Notes: generated by a model from the letters alone, not told the origin. DNA of 64,000 nucleotides from a virus (IMGVR_UViG_2684622670_000009:20476-84475); one strand, 5' to 3'; positions 45,490 to 55,937 are shown, counted from the first letter of the stretch. Translations and numbers: made by a program.

Positions 45490-46005
45490 TTAAAATCGGT
45501 AACCGACACCAAGCATCCAAATGCTATTGCTTAGATCACCTGGTTTAGAACGTTCATACGAGAGATCAACTGCAAACTGCGGAGCTGGGTTAAATTGAAG
45601 CCCAAGTCCATAAGCAAAATCGGTTCCAAAGCCAGCATATGACTGTCCATTCAGTTTTGCTGTTGCATCCGCATGGCTTAAACCCACCAAGCCGTATGCA
45701 CTCATTAATTCATTGAATCTGTATGACGGACCAAAAGTAAATGAGGCATACTCAACCTTGGCTTTGGCGGCATTCCATAGGTTTGTGTTTGACTTTTCGT
45801 AAGTGACCGAAGCTAATCCACCCCACGTAGAATCCATTTCGTAGCGATATTTAATATTCACGCCTTTTGGATCTTTTATATCTCCGCCTTTAACCGTTGC
45901 GCTTCCTTGGGCAAAGTCTAAGGAGAGTGTGTGCTGATATGCGGAGGCAGTCCCAGCAACCCCCAAGGCACATGCCAGAAGGGCCGTTAAAACTACTTTT
46001 TTCAT
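45490..46005 (-). CDS. Outer-membrane beta-barrel protein of the Ail/Lom/OmpX family
   Basis: 171 aa; signal peptide MKKVVLTALLACALGVAGTASA; alternating amphipathic strands; C-terminal GYRF. Confidence 0.8.
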   Translation of the reverse strand: MKKVVLTALLACALGVAGTASAYQHTLSLDFAQGSATVKGGDIKDPKGVNIKYRYEMDSTWGGLASVTYEKSNTNLWNAAKAKVEYASFTFGPSYRFNELMSAYGLVGLSHADATAKLNGQSYAGFGTDFAYGLGLQFNPAPQFAVDLSYERSKPGDLSNSIWMLGVGYRF

Positions 46006-46100
46006 GGAAAAAGTTACCTATAAAAACGTTAAAAATAATACTGGTGACAAAATAGTGTGTATTGAGCGTTAAATACACGTAAAGATTCTATCATTCGCGA

Positions 46101-46943
46101 TCATCCGCGAAAACCAGTTGGAATATAAAATTCCTTTTCTTTTCTTGTAGATAGGACCATATCCAGAGCTTCGTTTACCGTCATGCAATGCGGCAGATTA
46201 TCGAAGTTTGATATCCCGCCCATATCAGGAGAACGCTTGTTCTTCAGGTAAGCATATTTCCGCGCTGCCGCCTCTACTTTCTGCTTGAACTCATGTTTTT
46301 GAGAGCGTTTTTTGGATAACCGCAGATTGTCAGCCTTTGCTTTTGCCTCAGCGATCCATGAAGTCAATTTTTTGAGTCTGGTCGTTCCGGCACCGCCGGA
46401 AACTGATCTTTTTGTTTTTTTAATTTGTGACTTCTTATTCTTTATTGCCACGTCATCCTGACAGGGGGAGGGGCTATCATTTTGACATGGGGATGTGGAT
46501 AAAAAATCGAATAAAGCCAATGTCTTAGCGAGAACAGCTTTAACCTTGGTTGCGGCTGAAGAGATCTTCAATTTGCTTTCAATTAGCGCATTTTTGGCTT
46601 GTTGAGCAAAGGCTAAAAAGGATGGTGTAAACCGGTACAGGTTAGCGCGGCGTTCACGGTGATCGCCGATAACAATCTCTACCGACAGGATTCCTTTGTT
46701 TACAGCTTCACGGAATGCGCGAACGACGGTTGATTGGCTATAACCAGTTTCTGCCGCGATCATGCGGTGAGGCTTGTGAATGAAGTATTCACTGGTTGTT
46801 GCCGCGAGATTTGCACATTGCGACAGGATATGCCCGGCGCTACGGGATAGACCGGAGTGTGTTACAAAGCAGGCCAATTCATAGCCAGAAAAAGTAAAAT
46901 CGCTCATCGTTATACAGCTCAGGAAAGTGACTTTAGCCAGCAT
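46101..46943 (-). CDS. repL: Lytic replication protein RepL-like (by position downstream of kilA)
   Basis: 280-aa ORF immediately downstream of kilA in the same operon, as in P1. Confidence 0.5.
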   Translation of the reverse strand: MLAKVTFLSCITMSDFTFSGYELACFVTHSGLSRSAGHILSQCANLAATTSEYFIHKPHRMIAAETGYSQSTVVRAFREAVNKGILSVEIVIGDHRERRANLYRFTPSFLAFAQQAKNALIESKLKISSAATKVKAVLAKTLALFDFLSTSPCQNDSPSPCQDDVAIKNKKSQIKKTKRSVSGGAGTTRLKKLTSWIAEAKAKADNLRLSKKRSQKHEFKQKVEAAARKYAYLKNKRSPDMGGISNFDNLPHCMTVNEALDMVLSTRKEKEFYIPTGFRG

Positions 46944-46972
46944 TACAATGCTGGTGGTTCTTACTACGTCTG

Positions 46973-47773
46973 TTAGCGCGTTGCCGCGACAGGTACCAGC
47001 ACACCAGCATCAAGCAATCGCTTCATCAGCCACTGCTGACCTTTGCCGGTTATACGAGTCGTGAAAGAAATCCTGCTTCCATTGCTTGTATCGATCACGG
47101 TTTCTTTGAGAGTGAAATACCCACGGGATATGTATTCTTGTTTGGGAACGTTCCTGCGTTCACCAGTTGCGATCAGAATTCCGTTATCACGCAACCAGGT
47201 GAAGAGATAGTTTTGGCCCAGGCCGAGAACTTTGGCATAGTTGCCGATTAGAACCCCGCTGGCGGTAGCAACGCGTTCGGCGAATTCGACTTTAGGAGCA
47301 TCCATAAGCATTTTTTGCTCCAGCCGTTGCTTTTGCTCTGCCAGGTCGGCAGCCAAACGGAGAGCTTCAGGGAGACTCTGCGGAATAGCAGGTTGTAATC
47401 TTCCGGCTCGATAGTCGATAAATGTCTGGTTTACCTTCAGCCGAAACGCGGGAGAAATCCAGCCTGCGTACTCCACAGCGAGCAATTCATGGGCAAAAGT
47501 GCCGCCGCCACGGCCCTCGAACGAAACTATGCAATTCTGCATCGTTTCTTTTTCAAGCTCTTCAATGAGCTGTTTGGCTGATTGCGTTCTTAGCCATTGA
47601 GCTGGCGCTTTATGGGCACCGAGTCCGCTCGCTCTGTGTAGAGCATTAAGGTTGTAACGGCCAGCGCGGTCGGTCGTAATTTCAACACCACAAATAACAG
47701 GCAGAGTGGTTGAAGGATCGACATTTTGATGAAGGTTTGATATATTCATATCCGCATTGAATGTTTGTTGCAT
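46973..47773 (-). CDS. kilA: KilA (KilA-N domain plus Ant-type C-terminal domain)
   Basis: 266 aa; C-terminal 130 aa closely parallel the C-terminus of the downstream Ant protein. Confidence 0.8.
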   Translation of the reverse strand: MQQTFNADMNISNLHQNVDPSTTLPVICGVEITTDRAGRYNLNALHRASGLGAHKAPAQWLRTQSAKQLIEELEKETMQNCIVSFEGRGGGTFAHELLAVEYAGWISPAFRLKVNQTFIDYRAGRLQPAIPQSLPEALRLAADLAEQKQRLEQKMLMDAPKVEFAERVATASGVLIGNYAKVLGLGQNYLFTWLRDNGILIATGERRNVPKQEYISRGYFTLKETVIDTSNGSRISFTTRITGKGQQWLMKRLLDAGVLVPVAATR

Positions 47774-47843
47774 TTTTTCTCCAAATTTGCATCAACCTTC
47801 AATCACCAGCTCGAAATGGTGATTCTTTGCACTTAGAAAACGA

Positions 47844-47860
47844 AATTTATTAGAGCAAAT
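47844..47860 (-). promoter_or_regulatory. C1 operator (16/17), Op53-like, upstream of kilA-repL
   Basis: Reverse complement of aaatttattagagcaaa. Confidence 0.55.
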
Positions 47861-47901
47861 TTTCTGACTCGATCCAGATCGGGTTGGTCGATCTGCTCAG
47901 A

Positions 47902-47931
47902 AACCTGCCAGTTCGCTGGCAGGTTTTTTTG
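47902..47931 (+). terminator. Rho-independent terminator hairpin
   Basis: AACCTGCCAG-ttcg-CTGGCAGGTT followed by T7. Confidence 0.6.
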
Positions 47932-48056
47932 TATAAGGCGTTTTTCAATGTGGATTTGTGGCTGGCTAAAACGAAAAAGGCCACAGGTTTTACCCTGTGG
48001 CCTGTTCGGGCGCAACGCGCTGCTGTTACACTGCGAACTAACGCCCTTCAATGTTG

Positions 48057-48173
48057 TTATGCAATGTGGAGAAGTGAGGCAATCACTGATGCCAACACAG
48101 AACTTGAAGCTCCGATGATGACAGGAACAATGATGTTGGTCACAATCCACTTGCAAGCTTTTTGAAGAGTCAT
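48057..48173 (-). CDS. Small hydrophobic peptide (38 aa)
   Basis: MTLQKACKWIVTNIIVPVIIGASSSVLASVIASLLHIA with GGAG Shine-Dalgarno; below the ORF-track size cut-off. Confidence 0.25.
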   Translation of the reverse strand: MTLQKACKWIVTNIIVPVIIGASSSVLASVIASLLHIA

Positions 48174-48411
48174 TACGAAGCTCCGCATACTTGCAACAGC
48201 AACTGCTTGCGGCTATCCTCTTGTTGTTCAGACATAAGGAATGCCCTCGCTGGTTGCCTCCATGCAACGTTGTAGCGAGGGTTTTTTCTGTCTGGAGGCT
48301 ACGCATCCAGGAGTTCATAACCCCCGCATAACGTTGCGCCTCCCCTGAAAAACAGGGTTGGGCATATCGTACACATGCCTGTAATTTATGGCAAATCCTG
48401 GTCTGAATACG

Positions 48412-49461
48412 TTAAGACAAGGACGCCACTGGTTTTAACAAACCAGCATCAAGTAGCTTGCGAGTTAACCACTGCTGGCCTTTACCCGTTAATTGGGGCG
48501 TCAGCCGTATCTGGTAGCCATTTTCATCATCCAGCCCCACTTCTTTCACCGTGAAATACCCGGCGTTGATGTACTGTTGGCGCGGTACGTTTTTGCGCGC
48601 ACCAAAAGCCATGAGAATGCCGTTCTGGCGCAACCATGAGAAAAGGGCGTTTTGCTTAAGTCCAACGACCTTTGCAAAGTTCCCGATCAGGATTCCATTG
48701 GCCACTGATACCCGGTCGGCAAAATCGACTTTAGGGGCTGCGGCCACCAGCTGTTGTTCCAACTGCATTTTCTGTTCTGCTAACTCGGCAGCCAGGCGTA
48801 GGGCTTCTGGTAATGTCTGGGGGATCGATGGGGTAGGGGAGTTTGCCTGCTGTAATTCTTCCAGTTTGTCGATCAGCGAACGGCGGACCGCTTTCGATTC
48901 GCGAGCAGCAACGCGCAGGGCTTGTTTGTATGTCATTACTATAACTACCTGATCCGCTCCACCTTTTTTCTTATCCATAGGGGTTACGAAGATTTCGTAA
49001 CCCTCCCCATCAAGCTCATCCTTAACTCTGGCAATGAAATCATTGTTGCGAACTGGTTTTTCGCTACATAATTTCCGTGCCTCATTGACCATCTTTAACA
49101 GTGTCAGGCTGTCGATTGTGTCTCCGGTGTTGGGGATAATATTCACGGCTGGTGCTGGCGTAGCTGACGTAACAGGTGCTGGTTTTTCAACATTCAAATT
49201 ATTACCGGTCATTCTATGTGCCTCCTTTCTCATTTCTGCTGCCACTGTTGCGTAACGTAGACGTCCTTGTTCAATCAAATAATCCCTGATCTCGGCTATC
49301 AGTAGCCTGTTGATCACAGCCTTATCTGTTCGGGTATAAAAACGCCTGGTTATCATGAAATAGTTAGCAATTGCGCTGGGGATCTCCCGTGTCGGCATAC
49401 AGGCAGTATGCAGGGCGATCGCTTCGGCTATGTCATTACGGGTGACGAGAGGTTTTTTCAT
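48412..49461 (-). CDS. ant: Antirepressor Ant
   Basis: 349 aa; C-terminal Ant domain shared with KilA; preceded by icd-like ORF and an Op51-like operator. Confidence 0.8.
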   Translation of the reverse strand: MKKPLVTRNDIAEAIALHTACMPTREIPSAIANYFMITRRFYTRTDKAVINRLLIAEIRDYLIEQGRLRYATVAAEMRKEAHRMTGNNLNVEKPAPVTSATPAPAVNIIPNTGDTIDSLTLLKMVNEARKLCSEKPVRNNDFIARVKDELDGEGYEIFVTPMDKKKGGADQVVIVMTYKQALRVAARESKAVRRSLIDKLEELQQANSPTPSIPQTLPEALRLAAELAEQKMQLEQQLVAAAPKVDFADRVSVANGILIGNFAKVVGLKQNALFSWLRQNGILMAFGARKNVPRQQYINAGYFTVKEVGLDDENGYQIRLTPQLTGKGQQWLTRKLLDAGLLKPVASLS

Positions 49462-49679
49462 AAACCCCCCTGAACGTCGGCAGAGAAGGGAAGGCTCCAG
49501 TAACTAAGTGAATTGCGCGAGTTAGTTGAAAAACGGGCAGTAAAAATGCAGGGGCCATCAGGCAATTGAGAGCGTGCTTCGTCTTCTGTTGCTGCGATAA
49601 CGAAGTGATAGTGGTGTTTTTTACAGGAATAGAAACGCCAGATGAATTCTGGGCGTGCGCAAGGATTGGCATTAACCAT
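49458..49679 (-). CDS. icd: Icd-like protein (interference with cell division)
   Basis: 73 codons from ATG (MVNANPCARPEF...) ending 4 nt into ant; size and position match P1 icd from memory. Confidence 0.5.
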   Translation of the reverse strand: MVNANPCARPEFIWRFYSCKKHHYHFVIAATEDEARSQLPDGPCIFTARFSTNSRNSLSYWSLPFSADVQGGL

Positions 49680-49889
49680 AGTTACGGCCTCATTCGTAGG
49701 TTTAACAACCTGCGCCCCGCTGCTAAACGGGTGGCAGGACGTGACGGGGTTAGCAGACTGGCACGAATGAAACCAGCAGGCCGAAGCCTCCCCATCACGC
49801 CCCACCATAATTCGGGCGTAACGTGGTTTTACGGACACAAAAATACCGCAATATCGGATATCTGCGGTTGTCCGCATTCGTATTCAGGC

Positions 49890-49960
49890 TGCTAAACCCG
49901 GTCGCAGAATTTGCTACGACGGCGGAACTATAAGCCTGAACGATTAAAAGGTCAATATGA
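49890..49960 (-). ncRNA. c4: Candidate c4-like antisense RNA (stem-loop between P51-like promoter and icd); boundaries approximate
   Basis: Stem TCAGGCT...AGCCTGA enclosing about 45 nt; location as expected for the immI c4 RNA; not verified. Confidence 0.3.
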
Positions 49961-49986
49961 TGCGAAAAGATAGCATTCGCGACTTA

Positions 49987-50003
49987 AAAATACAAATTTA
50001 TTA
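49987..50003 (-). promoter_or_regulatory. C1 operator (16/17), Op51-like, at the immI promoter
   Basis: Reverse complement of aaatttattagagcatt. Confidence 0.55.
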
Positions 50004-50039
50004 GAGCATTAATTGTATGATAAATACACAAATGGATCT

Positions 50040-51440
50040 AATAACCTCTTTTTTTAAAGGCGAAAATATGTACCCTAAATGGGTTATCCGGTGCGCCTTA
50101 TATCCCCGTCCTTCAGGGCGGGGATATAAGGCGCGGTTTTCCACCTAACTGTTTTTGTTTAAAATAGTGGGATGAAACGACTACAAGCATTTAAATTCCA
50201 GTTAAGACCAGATGGTCAACAGGAGCGTCAAATGAGGCGCTTTGCCGGTGCTTGTCGTTTCGTTTTCAACCGTGCTCTGGCGCTTCAGAATGAGAATCAT
50301 GAGGCCGGTAAAAAATACATCCCTTACACGAAAATGGCTTCCTGGCTGGTTGAATGGAAAAATGCTACTGAAACGCAATGGCTTAAAGATTCGCCATCAC
50401 AGTCATTGCAGCAGTCACTGAAAGACCTTGAGCGGGCTTACAAAAACTTTTTCCAGAATCGGGCTGCTTTTCCCCGATTCAAAAAGCGGGGACAGAATGA
50501 TGCATTCCGCTACCCGCAGGGCGTTAAGCTCGATCAGGAAAACAGCCGTATTTTTCTGCCGAAACTTGGCTGGATGCGCTACCGGAATAGCCGTCAGGTC
50601 ACGGGTGTTGTGAAAAATGTCACTGTCAGCCAGTCCTGCGGTAAGTGGTACATCAGTATTCAGACAGAAAGAGAGGTATCCGCTCCTGTTCACCCTTCTG
50701 CATCAATGGTCGGACTGGATGCTGGTGTGGCTAAACTCGCCACGCTGTCAGATGGCACAGTCTTTGAACCTGTAAATAGTTTTCAGAAAAACCAGAAGAA
50801 GCTGGCGAGACTTCAGCGACAGTTAAGCCGCAAGGTCAAATTCAGCAACAACTGGCAGAAGCAGAAACGCAAAATACAGCGACTGCATTTTCGTATCGCA
50901 AATATCCGCAGAGACTACCTTCATAAAGTCACAACGATCATCAGCAAAAACCACGCAATGATTGTCATTGAGGATTTGAAGGTTAAAAACATGGCAAAGT
51001 CAGCAGCGGGTACGGTCAGCCAGCCGGGGCGCAATGTCTGGACAAAATCAGGTTTAAACCGTTCGATACTGGATCAGGGCTGGTATGAAATGCGCCGCCA
51101 GCTTGAGTATAAGCAGCTCTGGCATGGCGGTCAGGTACTGGCAGTGCCGCCAGCGTACACAAGCCAGCGTTGCGCGTGCTGTGGTCATACCGCGAAAGAA
51201 AATCGCCTGTCACAAAGTAAATTCAGATGCCAGGTATGTGGATATACAGCGAACGCCGATGTAAATGGCGCTCGTAACATTTTAGCGGCGGGGCACGCCG
51301 TTCTTGCCTGTGGAGGGATGGTGCAGTCAGGCCGCCCGTTGAAGCAGGAACCAACCGAAATGATTCAGGCGATAGCCTGAACGTAGCAGGAATCCACGCC
51401 CGTCAGGGTGCGGAGGATGTCAAAAGGCAGGTGAGGTTAT
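50040..51440 (+). mobile_element. IS200/IS605-family element carrying only tnpB (no tnpA)
   Basis: Perfect 16-bp inverted repeat GCGCCTTATATCCCCG/CGGGGATATAAGGCGC at 50093-50134 upstream of tnpB; boundaries approximate. Confidence 0.5.
50172..51380 (+). CDS. tnpB: TnpB (IS605 OrfB-type RuvC-like nuclease; InsQ-like)
   Basis: 402 aa; C-terminal zinc finger CACCGH...CQVCG; near-identity to E. coli IS609 InsQ from memory. Confidence 0.9.
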   Translation: MKRLQAFKFQLRPDGQQERQMRRFAGACRFVFNRALALQNENHEAGKKYIPYTKMASWLVEWKNATETQWLKDSPSQSLQQSLKDLERAYKNFFQNRAAFPRFKKRGQNDAFRYPQGVKLDQENSRIFLPKLGWMRYRNSRQVTGVVKNVTVSQSCGKWYISIQTEREVSAPVHPSASMVGLDAGVAKLATLSDGTVFEPVNSFQKNQKKLARLQRQLSRKVKFSNNWQKQKRKIQRLHFRIANIRRDYLHKVTTIISKNHAMIVIEDLKVKNMAKSAAGTVSQPGRNVWTKSGLNRSILDQGWYEMRRQLEYKQLWHGGQVLAVPPAYTSQRCACCGHTAKENRLSQSKFRCQVCGYTANADVNGARNILAAGHAVLACGGMVQSGRPLKQEPTEMIQAIA

Positions 51441-51441
51441 A

Positions 51442-51933
51442 ATGAGAAAACTATTACTACCGTTATTATTTATGGCTGGGACTGTTAATGCAGCATCAAG
51501 TGTAAAGGAGATTTGTACCGATTATACGAAATACCTTGGGCACGTTTACGGCTTTGCTGTCAGTCAAGACGAATCCATGCGCAAGAAGTTACTGTCAGAT
51601 ATGAAACGCCTTAAACTTTCTGAAGCGATGGTGCAGCAAGAACTGTATAAAGTCGCAACCAACGAAAATGCTAAATATCAATATTCTCGCCTATTAAACC
51701 CCGATGCAAACGAGATTAATCGAAACTCTTTCGATTATATGGTAAAGGCATGCGAAACCGCTCCTGATTTTGCTATTCCTAGCTGGGGCGTGCTGGTGGC
51801 GAGCAATGCCGTTAATAAAGAAGATATTGGAAGAAATGGCATTGACTCAATCAGAAATGCCCCTGGAATGCGCCATCAAAACGTTCAGGGTACGCTTGAA
51901 GAGCGGGCCAGGGGACCGGGTGTAGCTCCATAA
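51442..51933 (+). CDS. Secreted protein with signal peptide; C-terminal motif shared with Sit
   Basis: Signal MRKLLLPLLFMAGTVNAASS; C-terminal RNAPGMRHQNVQGTLEERARGPG parallels Sit segments RNAPGMRKSN and GMRREVVQGTLEERARGKG. Confidence 0.6.
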   Translation: MRKLLLPLLFMAGTVNAASSVKEICTDYTKYLGHVYGFAVSQDESMRKKLLSDMKRLKLSEAMVQQELYKVATNENAKYQYSRLLNPDANEINRNSFDYMVKACETAPDFAIPSWGVLVASNAVNKEDIGRNGIDSIRNAPGMRHQNVQGTLEERARGPGVAP

Positions 51934-52021
51934 TTTAATGAATAATATTAAATTCTCTGGGCATAGTGGATCTAACAATATGGATTATGCCTATAATATC
52001 TAAAATAAAAAGGATAAAAAT

Positions 52022-52528
52022 ATGAAATTATATAAGTCATTGTATATCTTTTTATTAATGTCCTCTTTTCTGCCATTATCAGCAATGGCAGGTTCTATCG
52101 TTTGGACGGTAGGAGGTGAGCAAGGGTGGAGAGAAATCTCTGCAACCAATGACGATGGTTACACAATTAACTTTTCTTGTGATGCTGGAGCAAGGGAAGG
52201 TTCCGAAGATCATATCGCTGGAAGAAATTTGTATGTAAGCGGAGGAAAAGAGAATGTCGATTTTTCTACACGCGACACAATCTCACGTAAAGCAGATGTA
52301 ATTACTTTAATTGTTGGTCAGGATAGTTTTAATATTGGCACGCAAAACACTGCTCCAAATCGTAGGGAATGGTATTCTTTTTGGAAGTCAGCGTCAGCCA
52401 CAAAAGAAAAAAACATGGATGTATATATCGGATCGCATCGAATTACATCATTCTCTCTTGATGGAATTTCAAGTATTTACAAGGAAGCTAAAAATGATGG
52501 ATGTTTAAAGCAAGATGACGGTGAATAA
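52022..52528 (+). CDS. Secreted protein with signal peptide (AT-rich island)
   Basis: 168 aa; signal MKLYKSLYIFLLMSSFLPLSAMAGS. Confidence 0.6.
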   Translation: MKLYKSLYIFLLMSSFLPLSAMAGSIVWTVGGEQGWREISATNDDGYTINFSCDAGAREGSEDHIAGRNLYVSGGKENVDFSTRDTISRKADVITLIVGQDSFNIGTQNTAPNRREWYSFWKSASATKEKNMDVYIGSHRITSFSLDGISSIYKEAKNDGCLKQDDGE

Positions 52529-53699
52529 AGTGAAGGATATTAAAAAACTTGCACTTGGCTCAGTAAGCGATCTCTATAATAGAGATTCAAATATTACTTG
52601 GCGTGATAACTTAAGTAAAATCAAAATGCCAGGATATACATCGGCAAGTGATTTATTAAAATCAGAATATGCTTCTAATAATTTGGTTAGACAGTTGGCA
52701 CAACTGCAAAAAAACGCAATCATTCCATCGTATAAAGAACATATGGCAATCTTGCACAGACAGTTAAGAATATCGCGCCATGCTCAAGAACAACTTGCAA
52801 AGTTGAGTACACAAGCCTTAATTAGTGATTCTATTCTAAAACAGTTTTCGCATAGACCGAATTTGGCAGAAATAGGCAACGAGTATCGTAAACATATTGA
52901 TATTTTACAGAAACAGGCTCTGGCTTTTTTCCCGCGTGATGCCAATAAATACATTCAAATGCTAAGGAAACAGGCAGAAATTGCTATGCCGTTACGAAAC
53001 CAGTTCGAGATGCTTAATAAGCAAGCTGGTTTAAATAACATGCAGGCGATGTTTAATGAATTAAGACAACATGTAAATTATAAGACAGATTTAAATAATG
53101 GAATAGCACTATTATTAAAACAATATACTCTGGCAAAAGGTTCTCCATTGCATCAAGTAATGGAGCAAGGTCTTTCATCTTTTGCACAGGCTTATGCTGA
53201 AGGTGCTACTGAAACATCACACACGAAAAGTAATGTTCAAAACAAAGGATTAAATAAATATAGCTCAAAGTTTGTTGATTCATTTAAAGAGCTTCCTTAT
53301 CCACTGCAATGGTTACTAATGGTTATATTTTCTCAGGTTGTGTTTGGTGCTTTTATTGATTACGGAAAAGAGAAAACCTTGCTGGGAATACACAAGGCAG
53401 AATCATATGTTATATCGCTGTTTGAGGATAAACCAATATCAAAACAACAAATAATTAAAGAAAACAAAGAAATTAGTTGGGATGATCTCAATGGTTTTCG
53501 TTTTATAACTGGTGAGAACGTAAGATTACACGTCAGTCCTTCTATAAATAGTGAGGTTATTGAATGCATTGGCAAAAATACTATAGTGGCTGTTTTAGAT
53601 AAAAAAGATCGCCAATGGCTTTTCGTGCAGGTTAAATCAGGGGACGAGTTTATTACTGGATGGATTACACGAACATACACAAAGCCTCTTAAGGCTTGA
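52515..53699 (+). CDS. Membrane protein with C-terminal SH3b-like domain (AT-rich island)
   Basis: 394 aa; TM segment LQWLLMVIFSQVVFGAFIDYG; C-terminal segment RFITGENVRLHV...WLFVQV...GWI resembles bacterial SH3 domains. Confidence 0.5.
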   Translation: MTVNKVKDIKKLALGSVSDLYNRDSNITWRDNLSKIKMPGYTSASDLLKSEYASNNLVRQLAQLQKNAIIPSYKEHMAILHRQLRISRHAQEQLAKLSTQALISDSILKQFSHRPNLAEIGNEYRKHIDILQKQALAFFPRDANKYIQMLRKQAEIAMPLRNQFEMLNKQAGLNNMQAMFNELRQHVNYKTDLNNGIALLLKQYTLAKGSPLHQVMEQGLSSFAQAYAEGATETSHTKSNVQNKGLNKYSSKFVDSFKELPYPLQWLLMVIFSQVVFGAFIDYGKEKTLLGIHKAESYVISLFEDKPISKQQIIKENKEISWDDLNGFRFITGENVRLHVSPSINSEVIECIGKNTIVAVLDKKDRQWLFVQVKSGDEFITGWITRTYTKPLKA

Positions 53700-53828
53700 A
53701 TTTTATCACCGTATCTTGGGGCTGGTTGTTGATGACGATGTGCTACTTGAAGTACTTGAGTTTTTTAACGCAGCATCTGAAATGTGCAGACTGACCGGTA
53801 ACAAATGACAACTCGTAGAATCGGTTAA

Positions 53829-54419
<591 letters not shown>

Positions 54420-54429
54420 GGTCGTTGAT

Positions 54430-55041
54430 ATGGGACTTAATGTTGCATCAGTAAAGTCTTATGTATCTTCGGCATTAACGACGACATTATTTGGCTCCGG
54501 CGTTGGTGAGCGGGAAGTTGGTAAGCTGACGTCAATCATCATGAACAAAATGTTGTTCGCGCAAGGATGGCAGTTCTCTGTCGAAGTTGATGGACTGGAG
54601 GGGGCAGACTTCTTTGCCAAAGACATTACCTACCACGATTACAGCATCGAATATGAAACGATTAAAATCGGCGGAGGGAATATCCTTCAGCCAACGGAGC
54701 GTTCTCCTGGGCAGATAACAATGATGGTCAGGGATACCGTTGATGGCCTCGTTTTGGACTGGTTTAAGACGGCAAAAAGTCGGGTGATCAATCCGGACGG
54801 TACCGGGAACATACCGTCTAAATATTTGCTCAATGTGCGTATTTATCGGTTGCTGTCTTCCGGTTTAACCAAACTGGAAAATGAGATGACGGTATTCCCG
54901 GTCACTACCGGCGATGTCACCTATGCGCGGGATCAGGTTACGGAATTTAAGTCATTCCCAATGACCTTCGCATTGCACAGCACGTTTAACCAATCCTCAA
55001 GTTCTTTGGCTTCCCTTCTGGGCTTTAGCTTTTCTCTTTGA
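54430..55041 (+). CDS. Hypothetical virion/tail protein
   Basis: 203-aa ORF in the string of plus-strand genes leading to sit. Confidence 0.45.
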   Translation: MGLNVASVKSYVSSALTTTLFGSGVGEREVGKLTSIIMNKMLFAQGWQFSVEVDGLEGADFFAKDITYHDYSIEYETIKIGGGNILQPTERSPGQITMMVRDTVDGLVLDWFKTAKSRVINPDGTGNIPSKYLLNVRIYRLLSSGLTKLENEMTVFPVTTGDVTYARDQVTEFKSFPMTFALHSTFNQSSSSLASLLGFSFSL

Positions 55042-55055
55042 ATTAAGGAGCAAGG

Positions 55056-55937
55056 ATGCTTTTACCTCTTTTCCCGCTACCATCGCGGCCAACTGAATTG
55101 ATCCAGTTCCGTCAGCCAAATATTGCTGATGCGATGCGTTTCAACTCGATAACGCCGGAGGAGCAAGAACAGCAGACAACGGCGTATTTAAAAGCCTTGC
55201 TGGCTGAACCCGCGAAACATGATCCCCTGACATGGACGGCGCAGGACCGGATTACCGCGTTATGGTGGATATTTACTGGCTCTCGTGAAACACCGGTCGA
55301 GACATTCACCTACACCTGTAAACATTGCGGTAAAGAGCATTATTACGATTGCGATATGAATGCTCTGGCTGAAGATATCCAGGTCCTGGAAGTGGAACCG
55401 TTCATTGACGATATTGAGGTGTCTGTAGAGGGAGTGCCTTATCAATGGCGTATCGTGCCGCTTGATGGCTGGGCAATGGAAATGCTGGAGATGCGCCGTG
55501 CAGCATTGCCATCTGAAGACGACGCGGAATTCAAAGAAGCGATCGTTGATTTGCGTTTTTGGGAATTCGCTTATCAGTGTGAGCTTTATAACGATGTTAG
55601 CGGTACTCGTGAAGATCAGGCTGAGCGTCGTTATGAAACGATTAAACGGATGGCCATTGATACTGAATTTATGAAGCTGGCGGCACACATCCGACTGGCT
55701 CATGAAAAGCTCGAACATGGTTTACCGTGCTACATCGATAAAGGTGAAATGCGTCTTCGTCTCCCGCCGCATAAATGCCCAAATCAGGATAAAAAGGAGT
55801 CCACAGAGGGTGCATATACCCGTCTGTGGGTGCCCTTTCGGGCTACCGACTTCATTCCACAGGTGGGGATTGAAAAGCTATCAGACCTTAGTGTCCAACC
55901 TGGTTTTGTATGGGGGTATACCGATTCAGGACGCTGA
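55056..55937 (+). CDS. Hypothetical protein with Cys-cluster, immediately upstream of sit
   Basis: 293 aa; CKHCGKEHYYDCD; AAGGAG Shine-Dalgarno. Confidence 0.5.
   Translation: MLLPLFPLPSRPTELIQFRQPNIADAMRFNSITPEEQEQQTTAYLKALLAEPAKHDPLTWTAQDRITALWWIFTGSRETPVETFTYTCKHCGKEHYYDCDMNALAEDIQVLEVEPFIDDIEVSVEGVPYQWRIVPLDGWAMEMLEMRRAALPSEDDAEFKEAIVDLRFWEFAYQCELYNDVSGTREDQAERRYETIKRMAIDTEFMKLAAHIRLAHEKLEHGLPCYIDKGEMRLRLPPHKCPNQDKKESTEGAYTRLWVPFRATDFIPQVGIEKLSDLSVQPGFVWGYTDSGR

Noticed and set aside
47833-48318. 161-aa minus-strand and 93-aa plus-strand ORFs between kilA and ant
   Set aside because: They span two terminator hairpins and the small-peptide locus with no coherent domain; likely non-coding apart from the 38-aa peptide.
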